Below, one piece after another: positions 12,508 to 25,121 of a DNA stretch of 64,000 nt. The position numbers and the translations under genes were made by a program. The stretch lies in NCBI RefSeq assembly GCF_030028105.1, contig NC_092376.1, positions 180,024,080 to 180,088,079 of the forward strand. The letters are read 5' to 3'. Numbering within the stretch: position 1 is the first letter of the stretch; every line of letters begins with the position of its first letter. The notes beneath the pieces were generated by a model. That model was not told where the DNA came from and did not search any database. It saw nothing but the letters and a program-made list of their open reading frames with translations. This DNA is from Mobula birostris (taxonomy: Eukaryota).

Positions 12508-14463
12508 GTGAGTTAATTCGCAAAAGCAAAGAAAGCGTTTTGTAAATTCGAAGCCTTGTATTCAATTGGACGAAATTATTATCTACATAAAAATGTTTCT
12601 TTGCATACGAATTTCGATTCTCATGCCTACTTGCCATATATTCATTTTTATTCTATGTTTTCATGATTTTGTAAGATTCTGCGTATCTTCAATGCTTTGC
12701 TATACCAGTTTCTTGAATCCCACGTGATCCTCTTTCGACTTTCTACCCATTTGTATTTTATCGCATTGCTCGTTGAGAGAGATGTGGTGTTAATCGGGTC
12801 TACATTTGCTACACGTTTTACTTAAACCTTGTTGAAGAGAACTGAGCAACCATTTGAACGTGTTTACTATGAACACTTCATTTGAAAGCAGCTGTTCTCC
12901 ACAAACTTCTATAATCACCTTTCAGTTGAAAGTCGGAAGAGAAAATAAAGGCATCTGTTGCTGAAAAACGAAAATGAAAATGAACGCTATATGCTGGAGA
13001 TTCCCTAAAAATAAGTATGTGGAATTTGAACCAAGGGTTCAAGTTCACAGACTTATATCGGACTTCACGTAAAGTCAGCAGGTTGGGAAATTATATTTGC
13101 GTTTTTCTCCATGAGCGATGCTAAATATATTGAGAATTTCGATACACTTTATGTTCTTACATCATTTCGAATCATCTAAAGCATATCATGAATTGCTTTC
13201 AGTCTAGAGCTTCTTTATGCGCATTGTGCAACTCTGACTGTATTGTGGCAGTTGCCTATCCATTCTGTAGGGGAACATTCCAACAAGATCCTGGTTATCT
13301 CCTTTACCGCAATGGGAAGTCTCCAGATAGGTCCCAAAGTCCGTAAGAAAAAGTAGAGTTGCCAAAATAAAGTATGCAGCAAGTTCACAATGTTCTAATA
13401 GATTGGATAAATTGTGAGGTGTAACATGGAATTTTCTCGTGCATTTACTTCTCGCTATCTGCTTCATTTCTTCGTTGATCAGGCCTAGGAGAGAATTTGG
13501 AGAAATGTCACTGGATTATTCCATTGAGTTCTTAGATGGACGAAATGAAACTATATGGCATTTTATGTACTGCAAATCAGGATGAAAATTTTGATCAGAA
13601 TGGTATTCTGTATTCCGGATGTTCTGTTAGGTATCTAGGAATTTGGAAAATATTCAAGCAAAATACTAATCTGCGGCTTCTAACTGGAAGTTCCTAAATG
13701 CCAACATCCTTTGTCCTATCAAAACGATAGTACTTAAGTTGCTAACTCGGTAGTTTGCAATACATAGTGAAACCCGTATTAATACGATGCCAATTCAATG
13801 ACGACAGTGGGATTTAGTTCGAGGAGGCTGTTTGTCATACCTGTTGCTGGAGTTAGTCAATACCTTGTATTTGTATGATATATAATTGTTTCTTCAGTTA
13901 AAAGTAAAAAAAAAAGCATCATGGTATATACATTTTTCTTTGTAGGTACGGGACTGCTTGCTTATCCTCTAAGGAACGTTGAATATAAATTAAACTCGTG
14001 TTGTTATTAGTATATTTTCCTCTAAATATATTTTGATATCCTAGAAAGTCTTTACGATGGCAGACTTCAAGGAATTACTGTAGTTATTTTCGTTTGGTGA
14101 TTAGCATTCATCAACTGTCAAATGTACGTTTCATTGTATCGTCGCAATGGGTATCATAAGCAAAATCAATGTTTCTCCATTTCACGTTGCCTTGAAGATG
14201 TGGTGGGGAGACATCTTCATGAATCAGTGCGACATCTCTGTTGATAGCTCTCCCTTACGTTTATTACGTAAAACGTCCTAAAGTTTAGATCCAGGATCAG
14301 TAAAGGAATTGTGATATATGATTTATGATAAGTTAAGCATGTACCAGAAATTAAGCTAGAGAACTTTAAAGAAACTGGGCTAATATTGTTTTTCACCTCA
14401 GTAGACTAGCATTCTAAAACTGTCCCAATTCATTTCGTCAGTAACAGCAATAGATCTCGCTTG

Positions 14464-14643
14464 TTAAACAAAAGAAAACCTGCAGATACAGGAAATGCAA
14501 GCAACACACATAAAATTCTGAAGGAACTCAGCAGGCCAAGCAGCATCTGTGGAAAAGTGTATGGTCAATGTTTCGGGCCGAGACCCTCAATCAAGACAGG
14601 TGATGACGGGTCCTGCTAAGGGGTCTCGGCTCGAAACATCGAC
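14464..14643. mobile_element. Penelope-like terminal-repeat insertion with two inverted degenerate hammerhead cores
   Basis: Flanked by TAGATCTCGCTTG (14451) and TAGATCTCGTTTG (14644), a 13-bp TSD with 1 mismatch. Paralogous spacers (about 4065, 9095, 20285) lack it. Confidence 0.7.
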
Positions 14644-15247
14644 TAGATCTCGTTTGACAGGGACTGAATGTTAGACATGGTGGCACTCTGGTTTACATTT
14701 TCCTCAAAGGCAAAGTCATTAGTTTTTTACGTAGGAAAAGATCACGGAGAGTCTTTGCATGATAGCATGTAAATTATGAAACGCTATCGGTAAAATCTGA
14801 TTTATATGGCCATTTATCGCGGACAGAAATATTTTCCTTATAGAAATGAAAATACTATTGGCGTATTTGTTTTAAACTGATGCATATTCATCTTGATAAA
14901 GCAGATCTATATTTGTTTTTGCTTTGGATTTTGTACAAGGAATGGGGTGACTGTGCTCCATGAGAATTAATTAACAGCTGGAATCGACTATCAGATCAAG
15001 ATTTTTAATATATATACACAGATCCTATATGTAATGTGAGGATCAGCAAGAGGAGATACTCGGTTGAATTTGATCGCTATTCTCCGGGGTTTATCTCGTG
15101 TATGATATTTAAGATATTCACTGCATCATAGTTTCTGAAACTAAGATTTACGAACAAAGTTTCTGCGGAAATTAGAATCATCTTGATTTCTAAAATAAAT
15201 TTCAATTGTGCACCATTAAATATTATGCGCCAAATTAAACACTTCTT

Positions 15248-15364
15248 GCTTTAAGGAATGAGCTGAATTCTAATTGGTCAGATGTGAATGCTATATTATC
15301 CACCAATCAGAAGCTGAGTTGTGACTGGTGATCCGCGCAGCCCCCTTCAATACACAGCCGCCAT
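15248..15364 (+). promoter_or_regulatory. Conserved promoter module of V3
   Basis: GCTTTAAGGAA 15248; ATTGG 15273; CCAAT 15303; TGTGACTGGTGATCC 15320; CCGCCAT 15358. Confidence 0.8.
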
Positions 15365-15585
15365 CGCTTAAGATCAGTCGCCGTGAAAACTGCATTGCCA
15401 GCAGCACTGGGGATTGGCACTCGGTTCTTTTCACATTGGAACAATCTAAGAACATTTCTAAGCTAACAGCAGAGGATATATCAAAAAGGTACGGATATTT
15501 TCTACATCGCATTTTCACATTTAAATAAATCGCAGTTTCAGGGCATTGTCTCGGCTGGAAACCATTGGAATGATTTCTCCTGGAA

Positions 15586-18015
15586 ATGAGAGACAATATA
15601 TACTGGCTGCTGAAATACCAACTGTTTTACTGCTTGTTCACCTGTTTGGACCCTGTTAGTGGCCAGATTAGATATTCTGTACCCGAGGAATTGCAACTGG
15701 GTGCCTTTGTTGGAAATATTGCAATCGATTTGGAGTTAAATTTAAAGCAGCTGTCTGCTCGTAGTTTGCGGGTGGCGCCCAGTCCGAAGAAGCGGTATGT
15801 TGACGTCAATTTGGAGAATGGAATTCTATTTGTGAATGAAAGAATCGACCGGGAACAACTTTGCGGACCGAACACCGAATGCATTTTATCATTCGACGTT
15901 GTGCTTGAGAATCCCCTCGGTCTGCATCTGGTGGAAGTGGAGATTCTTGATATAAATGACAACGCTCCAAGTTTCCCCAGAAGCCAGATCCGCTTGGAAA
16001 TTTCAGAGATTACGGCACCAGGAGCGCGATTCCCCCTCGAGACCGCGCACGATCCGGATATTGGAGCTAATTCTGTAGAGACGTATCAGCTCCTTCCCAA
16101 TGAATATTTCATTCTTGACTTACAAGTACACGGAGGTATAGGGAAGTTCCCAGTATTGGTGTTGTTAAGGGCATTGGACAGAGAAACGATATCGACCCAT
16201 CAGTTAGTTCTAACTGCCGAAGATGGCGGAGAACCTATGAGATCGGGCAAAGTCCAGGTAAAAATTACAGTGACTGATGCGAACGACAACTCTCCTGTTT
16301 TCTCGCAGTCGATTTATAAGGCCAATATGTTAGAGTCGGTTCCCATAGGAACTCTAATTATTATGTTAAACGCCACAGATGTAGACGATGGCACGAATGG
16401 AGAGATAACGTACGCCCTCGGCAGTCATAATTCAGCTGAGGTTCGCGAATTAGCTGCCGTGAATTCCAAAACTGGTGAAATCAGACTGAAAGAGCACTTG
16501 GACTATGAACAAAGAAAAAGTTTTTTAATAAATATTCAAGCAGTCGATAATGGACATCCCGCAATGTCTGAACATTGTGATGTCCTGGTGGAGGTTATCG
16601 ATGTGAACGACAATGCTCCTGAATTGTCGGTGACGTCGATCTCAAATGACGTGACAGAAAACGCTACAGTGGGAACTACTATCGCACTGCTCCGGGCAGA
16701 GGATAGGGACTCTGGGGAAAATGGACAAGTACAATGTCGAATTCCGAACGAGCTTCCCTTTAAGATGAATTCTTATATAAATAACAATTATAAATTGTTG
16801 GTAGACCGTGCGCTGGATCGCGAAACTACCTCCAGATATGACATCACTGTAACTTGCACAGATGCTGGGAACCCCTCTCTCACATCTAAGGAAACTATCC
16901 GTGTGGAAATTTCAGATGTGAATGATAATGCACCAAGTTTTACGCAGTCTATATACACGATAAATATAATGGAGAACAACATTATTGGAAATTCAATATT
17001 CTCCCTGACAGCTTTCGATCCAGACTCGGGACAGAATTCCCTGTTGAACTTTACTATCCTGAACTCATTTGGAGCTTCATATGTCTCTATCAACTCACAG
17101 ACTGGTGTTATCTTTGCTCAGAGATCTTTTGACTACGAGAAATTGAAAAACTTCCAGTTCCAAGTTAAGGTGCAGGATTCTGGCGATCCCGCCCTCACCA
17201 GTAACGCTACAATTGATGTTGTTATCTTTGATCAGAACGATAACGCCCCGGTGATCGTGCATCCTTTACCCGAGTATGGGTCAGCAGTAATGGAGACCAT
17301 GAGCAGGTTTGCTGAACCTGGATATCTCGTTGTCAAGGTCTCAGCTACTGACGCCGACGCTGGTCAGAACGCCCGTCTGGCTTACCACATTTTTCAGGCT
17401 ACCAATCGTGATCTGTTTACTATTTCAACAGACACAGGTGAAGTTTGGACTGTCCGGGCTATTGAGAGCAAGGATGCTTCTAAACAAAGGCTAGTGATTA
17501 ACGTAAAAGATAACGGAACGCCCTCACTTTCAGCCGCAGTAACCATCGTAATATCTGTGACAGGAAGTGAAACGGTCTCCAGTGCCACCAGTTTAAGTAA
17601 AAATCGCCAGTTCTCTCCCGACCTGAACCTTTACTTAGTTATAGCATTAGGAACGACATCTATAATTTTCCTGATAATTTTAATTATCCTTGCTATGAAA
17701 GTTTATAACAGAACTGGAATGGGATGCCAAAGCAATGTCGGGTGCTGTCTGGATACAAGAAACTTTCTTAACGGGACTCAGAAGGCCAGTAGGAGCCTTC
17801 AGATACCACCGAACTATGTCGAGGTATTCGGAGGTGATCCACTTTCTCAGAGCTTCCGTTACGCGTCTTGTTCAACATTGCAGTCCATGAAGAGAGACTT
17901 CACAGCCCCTCGTGGACCATCTACATCTATTCCTTACACCCACAAGAAACCCACTGGGAAAGAAAGCCCTGGAATGTTATCTACTGAAGACTACAGTTGC
18001 AATACAAATAATGAG
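15586..18015 (+). CDS. Clustered protocadherin variable exon V3
   Basis: 810 intact codons, 6 EC + TM, donor GAG|GTGAGC at 18015/18016. Confidence 0.95.
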
Positions 18016-19134
18016 GTGAGCTTTCTGGGGCAATACTTTTATTGGTACGACGTTTTTATTTAGATCATTTTTTTCTTCATACTGATTTTAATCCAAATGC
18101 CTAATTTCCGTGTATTCTTTTTAATTGAATTGAATTTTGTAGAATTGCAAGTAATTCTTGATATTTTAACTATCTTGCTAAACTGCTGCGAACAAACAAA
18201 CTTGTTGAGATTACTTCTGTTGAAAGCAGCTGTTCTTCCCAGATGTCTTAGGTCACTATACATTTAAAACCCGAAGGGAATCGGTATTGGGGACAAGTGG
18301 ATGTTGCAAAGCGGATATCACACAAAATACTTATATACTGAAATTACAGCGTCATCTGTGCAGCTAGATTCAAGTATGCACCTTTCTAGTCGCTAATCTC
18401 AAAACGGAAATCAATGTAAGTTGATTAGTATGTAAGTGTATATATGCATTTTCCCTCAGTTTGTGCTGCCTGACAAGATGAAATATTCAATGCGCTTTGG
18501 GCTCTAATTTTGTCTCTAAATTATCCACTGTTGAGAAGCATAGAGCTTCGTATTGGCCATTAGGAAACTCTCTATGTTGTCAGAGTTGCTTGTCTAATCT
18601 AAGGAAAATGTTCCAACAGGATTCTGATTACCATCTTCTTGTTGGTGAAAGTCTGCAGAAAGCTCCCAGAGCGCACAAAAACAAGGTATATGGTCTCCTG
18701 TCACAGTCAATATATGTATTTAGCTAACTCAAATGTTTCTAATGCATAAAAAGATATATCTTCATAAGGCATGGGACATTGAGGCGATTACTTCCTTTTG
18801 CTCTTACATTTCTTCATTGGCTGGGTCTGGAGAGAATTTGGAGAAATATATCTGGGTTATTCCACCGAATTCTGCAATGGAATGAATGAATATTTAAGTA
18901 ATTTTATTTACTGCTAACCAGGATGAAAAGTGTTGAATGTGCTGGGTGATGTTACAGTTTCATATTCGGGTAGTTGTAAAATATTCAATACTGATTTGTG
19001 GCTTCCAAGTGGCAGCAGGGTAGAAGAAAAGTCAACTTCTAGTGTCCTTTCATAACAATAGCACTTATGCTGATAAATCAGTATTTTTGTTTAAAAAACA
19101 ATTTTGAACCCCATATTTTAAAACAATTGTGAAA

Positions 19135-19625
19135 TGCGTGTGCTCATGGGTAAAGCTGTCCCAACCGTTGAGCACATCTACATGAAACGTTGCCATTGAA
19201 AAGCAGCATCAATCATCAAAGATCCTCACCACGCAGGCGATGCGCTTTGCTCTCTGCTGCTATCAGGTAGAACGTACAGGTGCCTCAGGACTCGCATCAC
19301 CAGGCTCAAGAACAGTTACTACTGCTCAACCAACAGGCTGTTGCACAAAAAGTGATAACTACACTCATTCTATTTCTGGTGTTCCCACAACCGATGGTCT
19401 CACTTTAAGGACTCTTTATCTTGTTATTTTATGCTCTTTCATTTTATGCTATTTCATACTCGGAGTTTGTGCTGTTTATTTATATTTGTATGTGCAAAGT
19501 TATTGTTCATTCACCTTAATTGTTGTTCTTAGCTCAGCTAAGTATACCCGCAGGAAAAAGTATCTCAGGGTTGTATATGGTGACATATATGTATTCTGAT
19601 AATAAATTTTACTTTGAACTTTGAA
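19135..19625 (+). mobile_element. Rex1/Babar-like LINE 3' end
   Basis: Encodes decayed VPTVEHIYMKRC..KAASIIKDPHH and ends in AATAAA...(CTTTGAA)2 tail. Same family at 27140 and 36405. Confidence 0.7.
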
Positions 19626-20875
19626 TAGGATGTGAATTCAAGGATGGCACTGGAACTTAATTCGAGGAGAAGTTGTTGCTGGGGGTGGACAATGCCTAAC
19701 TTCTGTTATACAAGAAAGTTCCAAAGTTAAAAGTCAAAGCAATTATATTGTGTGGAGCTTGCTCCGTGTGGGTATGAACAGCTTACTTATCAAAAGAAGT
19801 CTGAATATAAATTAACATCGTGTGGTCAACAGCAAACTTTCCCACTCATAGTACTTTGGTAGTGCATAGCTGAGGAACTGTCCAAGATGCAAGCAACCTC
19901 ATAAAATACTAAAGAACTGCTGTAGAGATACTCTGCTTTGCAGGTTAGCAATCATGAACGATCAAAGTTATGATTCTTTGTATATTTATGTGGGTGTCAC
20001 TGATAAGGCCAGTGTTACCCATCCGACAATGCCCTTGGAAAAGTGATGAAGAGACATCAAGATGAAGCAATGTGGCTAATGGATCTCCCACGAAGTTACT
20101 ACATATGAAGTTCCAACTTTTAGGTCCAATATCAGTGAAACAATAGTGATACAGTATATGAATCCTGGACAAAGTTAAACATATAGCCGGGATGAAACCA
20201 GAAAGTGTTAAAGTACGCCAGATTATATTCATTTTCGAGTCACTATCTTAGTATTCTACAAGTTAATCTTCCATTAAAATAACTGTAGATCTCGACTAAT
20301 CTCAGGACTGCAAAGAGATTTAATGGCAGAGATTATTGCATTCTGGATTGCGTTTTGAACACAGTCGATCACGTTGGAGAGATTTTACACACTGGTCCTT
20401 AATTTATGAAAAATTATGGATAATATTTAAGTGATTTGGTTATTTATCATGGACACAGGGGATCGAAACATATTACTCTTTAAGGGAACGTAATTGGCAT
20501 TGCCTCATTCGTTTAAATATGATGGAGATGGAGAGTACTCATCTTGGTCAAACTGCTGCATTTGTCAACAATGTGCCCTAAGTAGTACATAACAGGAGGG
20601 CACGTTTGTAAAACCACGATGAAGCAAATATACTCGGAAACTGAATACATATAATTATATAATCAGCAAGACGAGCTAGTTTACCCAGTTTTATTACGAT
20701 CCTAAAGGTTTTCTCTCACAATAGATCTTTAAAATATTCACAGTATCATTGTTCCTGAACCTACAAATCTGAAGATAATTTTTCACTAATACTTGAAATA
20801 TCAATAATGCCGATTTTTATTTCAGTTGTGCAGTAATAAATATGTTAGCGCTCTGCGCCAAATTAAGCACTTCTT

Positions 20876-20991
20876 GCTTTAAGAAATTAGCTGAATTTCA
20901 ATTGGTCAGATATGAATATTGTTGAGTCCACCAATCAGAAGCCGAGATTTGACTGGCGATCCGACAGCCCCCTTCAGTACGCAGACGCCAT
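20876..20991 (+). promoter_or_regulatory. Conserved promoter module of V4
   Basis: GCTTTAAGAAA 20876; ATTGG 20901; CCAAT 20931; TTTGACTGGCGATCC 20948; ACGCCAT 20985. Confidence 0.8.
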
Positions 20992-21214
20992 TGCTTGAGA
21001 TCAGACGCCGTGAAAACCGGAGAGCAGGCAGCATCGGAGGATTTATAGACGGTCGGTCTCCCACTGGAATCAACGTGAAAACATTTCAATGAACACAACA
21101 GATTGCAAAAAAAAGGTACATATATTTTCTGAATCGCATTTGTCTCCTTTAAAACAATACGTTGTTAAAAGGCATTGCGTCGTATCGAGACCGTTGGAAT
21201 GATTTCCACTGGAA

Positions 21215-23653
21215 ATGAGATACAATATATACTGGCTGCTGAAATACCAACTGTTCTGCTCCTTGATCAACTCCTGGGATTTTGTTTGTGGCCAGAATCG
21301 CTATTCTGTTCCCGAGGAATTACAACTGGGTGCCTTTGTTGGAAATATCGCAGTTGATTTGGGATTAGATTTAAAACAGCTCTCTGCTCGTAGATTACGG
21401 GTGGCGTCAAGTCCGCGAAAGCGGTATGTTGACGTAAATTTGGAGAATGGGGTTTTATTTGTGAATGAAAAAATTGACCGGGAAGAACTTTGTGGATCGA
21501 GCACCGAATGCGTTTTATCATTCAACGTTGTGATTGAAAATCCCATCAGCGTGCACCAGGTGGAAGTGGAGATTCTCGATGTAAATGATAACGCTCCCAG
21601 TTTTCCCAAAAGCCAGATCCGCCTAGAAATCTCGGAGATTATGGCACCGGGAGCGCGATTCCTCCTCGAGGCTGCGCACGATCCGGACATTGCAACGAAC
21701 TCTTTACAGACCTACCACCTACTTCCCAATGAATATTTCATTCTTGATGTTCAAGAGCACGATAGGGTAGGAAAGTTACCGGAGTTAGTGCTGCAGGGGG
21801 CCTTGGACAGAGAAACGATATCGGCTCACCATTTAACTCTAGTTGCTGAAGACGGCGGAGTCCCGGTGAGATCGGGCACGGTCCAGGTAACAATCGCAGT
21901 CAAGGATGCGAATGACAACTCTCCTGTTTTCTCGCAATCGCTCTATCAGGTCAGTATGTTGGAATCGGCTCCCATAGGAACTCTGATTATCACGTTAAAC
22001 GCCACGGATTTGGACGACGGCCCGAATGGAGAGATAACGTATGCTCTCAGCAGCCGTAATTCAGCTGAAATTCGCGAATTAGTTAGCCTGGATTCCAAAA
22101 CAGGTGAAATAAGTTTAAGAGAGTATATAGACTATGAACAACGCAAAACCTTTGTTCTGAATGCAGAAGCAATCGATAATGGCCCTTACCCAATGCCCCA
22201 GCACTGTGCTGTGGTGGTGGACGTTATTGACGTGAATGACAACGCCCCTGAGCTGTCGTTCACATCCATCTCAAATACCGTGGCAGAAGGTGCTCCAGTG
22301 GGGACTATTGTTGCGCTTCTCAGTGCAGAAGACAAGGATTCTGAGCAAAATGGGCAAGTAGAATGTCGAATTCCAAATAACTTACCCTTTAAGTTAGATT
22401 CAGATGTGAAGAACAATTGGAAACTGCTTGTAGAGCATGTGCTGGATCGCGAAGCTACTTCCAGCTATGACATTACTGTGACTTGCACGGATGCAGGGAG
22501 GCCTCCCCTCGCATCCAAGAAATCAATACGTGTGGACGTTTCAGATGTAAATGACAACGCACCAAGATTTACGCAATCGGTATTCACGGCTAATATAATG
22601 GAAAACAACGTCATTGGGGATCCCATATTCTCCCTGACAGCTTCCGATGCAGACTCGGAACAGAATTCTTGCTTGAACTTTACTGTCATGAATTCAGCCG
22701 TAGCTTCTTATGTCTCCATCAACTCGCGGAGTGGTGTCATATTTGCCCAGAGATCGTTTGACTACGAGAGATTGAAAACTTTCCAGATACACGTCCGGGT
22801 GCAGGACTCTGGAACCCCACCCCTCGCCAGTAATGTTACAATTGATGTTTTCATCCTTGATCAGAACGATAATGCCCCGGTGATCGTGTATCCTTTACCC
22901 CAGTATGGATCTACTATAATGGAGACAATGAGCAGGTTTGCTGAACCTGGTTACCTCGTGGTCAAAGTGTCAGCCACCGACGCCGATGCTGGTCAGAATG
23001 CTCGTCTGTCTTATCATATTTCTCAGGCTACCCATCGCGATCTGTTCACTATTTCGGCAGAAACCGGGGAAGTTTGGACTATCCGGACTATTGAGAGCAA
23101 GGATGCTTCCAAGCAGAGACTTGTGATTGTCGTAAAAGATAACGGAACGCCTTCACTTTCGGCCACGGTAACCATAGTAATATCAATGACAGGAAGTAAA
23201 ACTATCTCCGGAGCTACCAGTTTAAGTAAAGCTCCAGAGCTCTCCCCTAAATTGAACCTTTACTTAGTCATAGCATTAGGAACGACGTCTATCATTTTCC
23301 TCATAATTTTAATTATCCTTTCCATTATAGTTCGTAATAACAGAAATGAAATGGGATGCCAATACAGAGCATGTTGCTGTTTGGAAACAAGGAACTCTCA
23401 AAATGGAACTCAGAAGGCCAGTAGGAGCCTTCAGATACCACCGAACTATGTCGAGGTATTCGGAGGTGATCCACTTTCCCAGAGTTTCCGGTACGAGTCG
23501 TGTTCGACTTTGCAATCGGTAAAGAGAGACTTTACGACACCGCATACGCGCGGTCCATCTGCCGTTATGCACTATGCGCAGATGCAACACATTGGGAAAG
23601 AAACTTCAGCAATAGTAGACTCTGAAGTATACAACTGCGGTACGAGTAATGAG
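21215..23653 (+). CDS. Clustered protocadherin variable exon V4
   Basis: 813 intact codons, donor GAG|GTGAGC at 23653/23654. Confidence 0.95.
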
Positions 23654-24059
23654 GTGAGCTAGTTTGCAAAAGAATCGTTTGGGAATATTGGGCCTTTGCC
23701 TTTACGGGGACGAATTACAGTACATATCGAGGTCAAATTATATTTATGCACAGTGATTTTCATATACATTATAATTTGCTTTGTATTCATTTTATTATAA
23801 TTTTCAGGTTTTTGTGCGACTCTTTGCGTTTCTAATACGTTGTTACACCAAGTCATGGAAGCACATAGGATTCGCTTATGACTTTGTACCGAAACGAAAT
23901 TTAGTGAATTGCTTAGTGGTTGTTAAATCGGGTCCCATCTTCCACAGTTTATATGTTAACTGTTTCGCGAAGAACTACAGGTATAGCTGAACCCCCTTGC
24001 TGTGAGCACTTTGTTTGAAAGCAGCATTTCATCGTATATTATTACGTCACCCTCCATTT

Positions 24060-24138
24060 CAGGAGTTCCCAACCTAGTGTCCATGGACCCCTCGGTTAAT
24101 GGTAGTGGTCCGTGGCGTAAAAAGATTGGGAACCCCTG
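24060..24138. mobile_element. Small hAT-type MITE
   Basis: Terminal inverted repeats CAGGAGTTCCCAA / TTGGGAACCCCTG; 79 bp long. Confidence 0.6.
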
Positions 24139-24143
24139 TTTTA

Positions 24144-24240
24144 TTTCAGATGTAAACGACAACGCACAAAGATTTACGCAATCGGTATTCACGGTTAATA
24201 TAATGGAAAACCACGTCATTGGGGATCCCATATTCTCCCT
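24144..24240 (+). pseudogene. 97-bp duplicated fragment of the V4 exon (EC4/EC5 junction)
   Basis: Matches 22539-22635 with 4 mismatches by eye; encodes SDVNDNAQRFTQSVFTVNIMENHVIGDPIFSL. Confidence 0.9.
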
Positions 24241-24241
24241 T

Positions 24242-24292
24242 TTATATGTTGTATATGTTATATATATGATATATAACACATATATATATATA
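24242..24292. repeat. Imperfect (TA)n microsatellite
   Basis: TA-rich run directly after the duplicated fragment. Confidence 0.7.
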
Positions 24293-24588
24293 CCGGTGCT
24301 GCTTGACATGATGCGCATTTCCATTATTTTTATGTTCTTATATCACGTCCTGTTGCACTGTTGGGATTTAGGATGCACAGGAATTGGGGAAGGTTTGACC
24401 TTCGATTGATTTACTATTCACAGGTTTAACTTAATATCATTTAAGATTCCCAAGAAATTGAAGCCACAGTCAATAAAACTACGTCATGCAATAATATTCT
24501 CCACTTTTGGAGGATTGTGCTGTGGGTGCAGTCTTCTGTTTTACGAATGTATGTATTAATGAAGCCTTATATTGGGCAAATAAATTAA

Positions 24589-25121
24589 ACACTCATTGGC
24601 TACCTTACTAGGTAGATATTGTACCTTATAAAGTAGCCATTGAGTGTGTGTTCGTGGTTTTCTGCTGATGTAGCCCATCCACTTCGGGGTTCGATGTGTT
24701 GTGAGTTTAGAGATGTTCTTCTGCACACCACTGTGAAAAGGTGTAGTTATTTGAGTTACTGTCGCCTTTCTATCTGCTTGAACCAGTCTGCCCTGTCTCA
24801 CAAGACTGCTGCTCACCAGGGGTTTCTTTTTTCACTGTTTTCCACACCATTCTCAGTAACCTGTTGTGCGTGAAAATCCCAGAAGAGCACTTGTTTCTGA
24901 AGCACTCAAACCAGCCTCTCTAGCACCAGTTATTCCACTGTCAAAGTCACTTGTATCACATTTCTTCTCCACTCTGATGTTTGGTCTGAGCAACAAGAGA
25001 ACTTCTTGCTCATGTCTGCATGCGTTTATCCATTCAGTTGCTGCCAAATCATTGGCTGATTAGATATTCGTATCACCGAGCAGACGCACAGGTGTACCTA
25101 ATAAAGTAGCCACGGAACGTA
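24589..25121 (-). mobile_element. Tc1/mariner-like non-autonomous element
   Basis: Transposase remnant RLVQADRKATVTQITT...ISKLTTHRT.KWMGY on the minus strand. Ends resemble TIR (G)TGGC(C/T)ACTTTATTAGGTA. Confidence 0.75.

Noticed and set aside
18016-18063. C-terminal residues of the ORF-track proteins after NE/SE/HK (VS..., VR...)
   Set aside because: These are read-through into the intron past conserved GTGAG donors.
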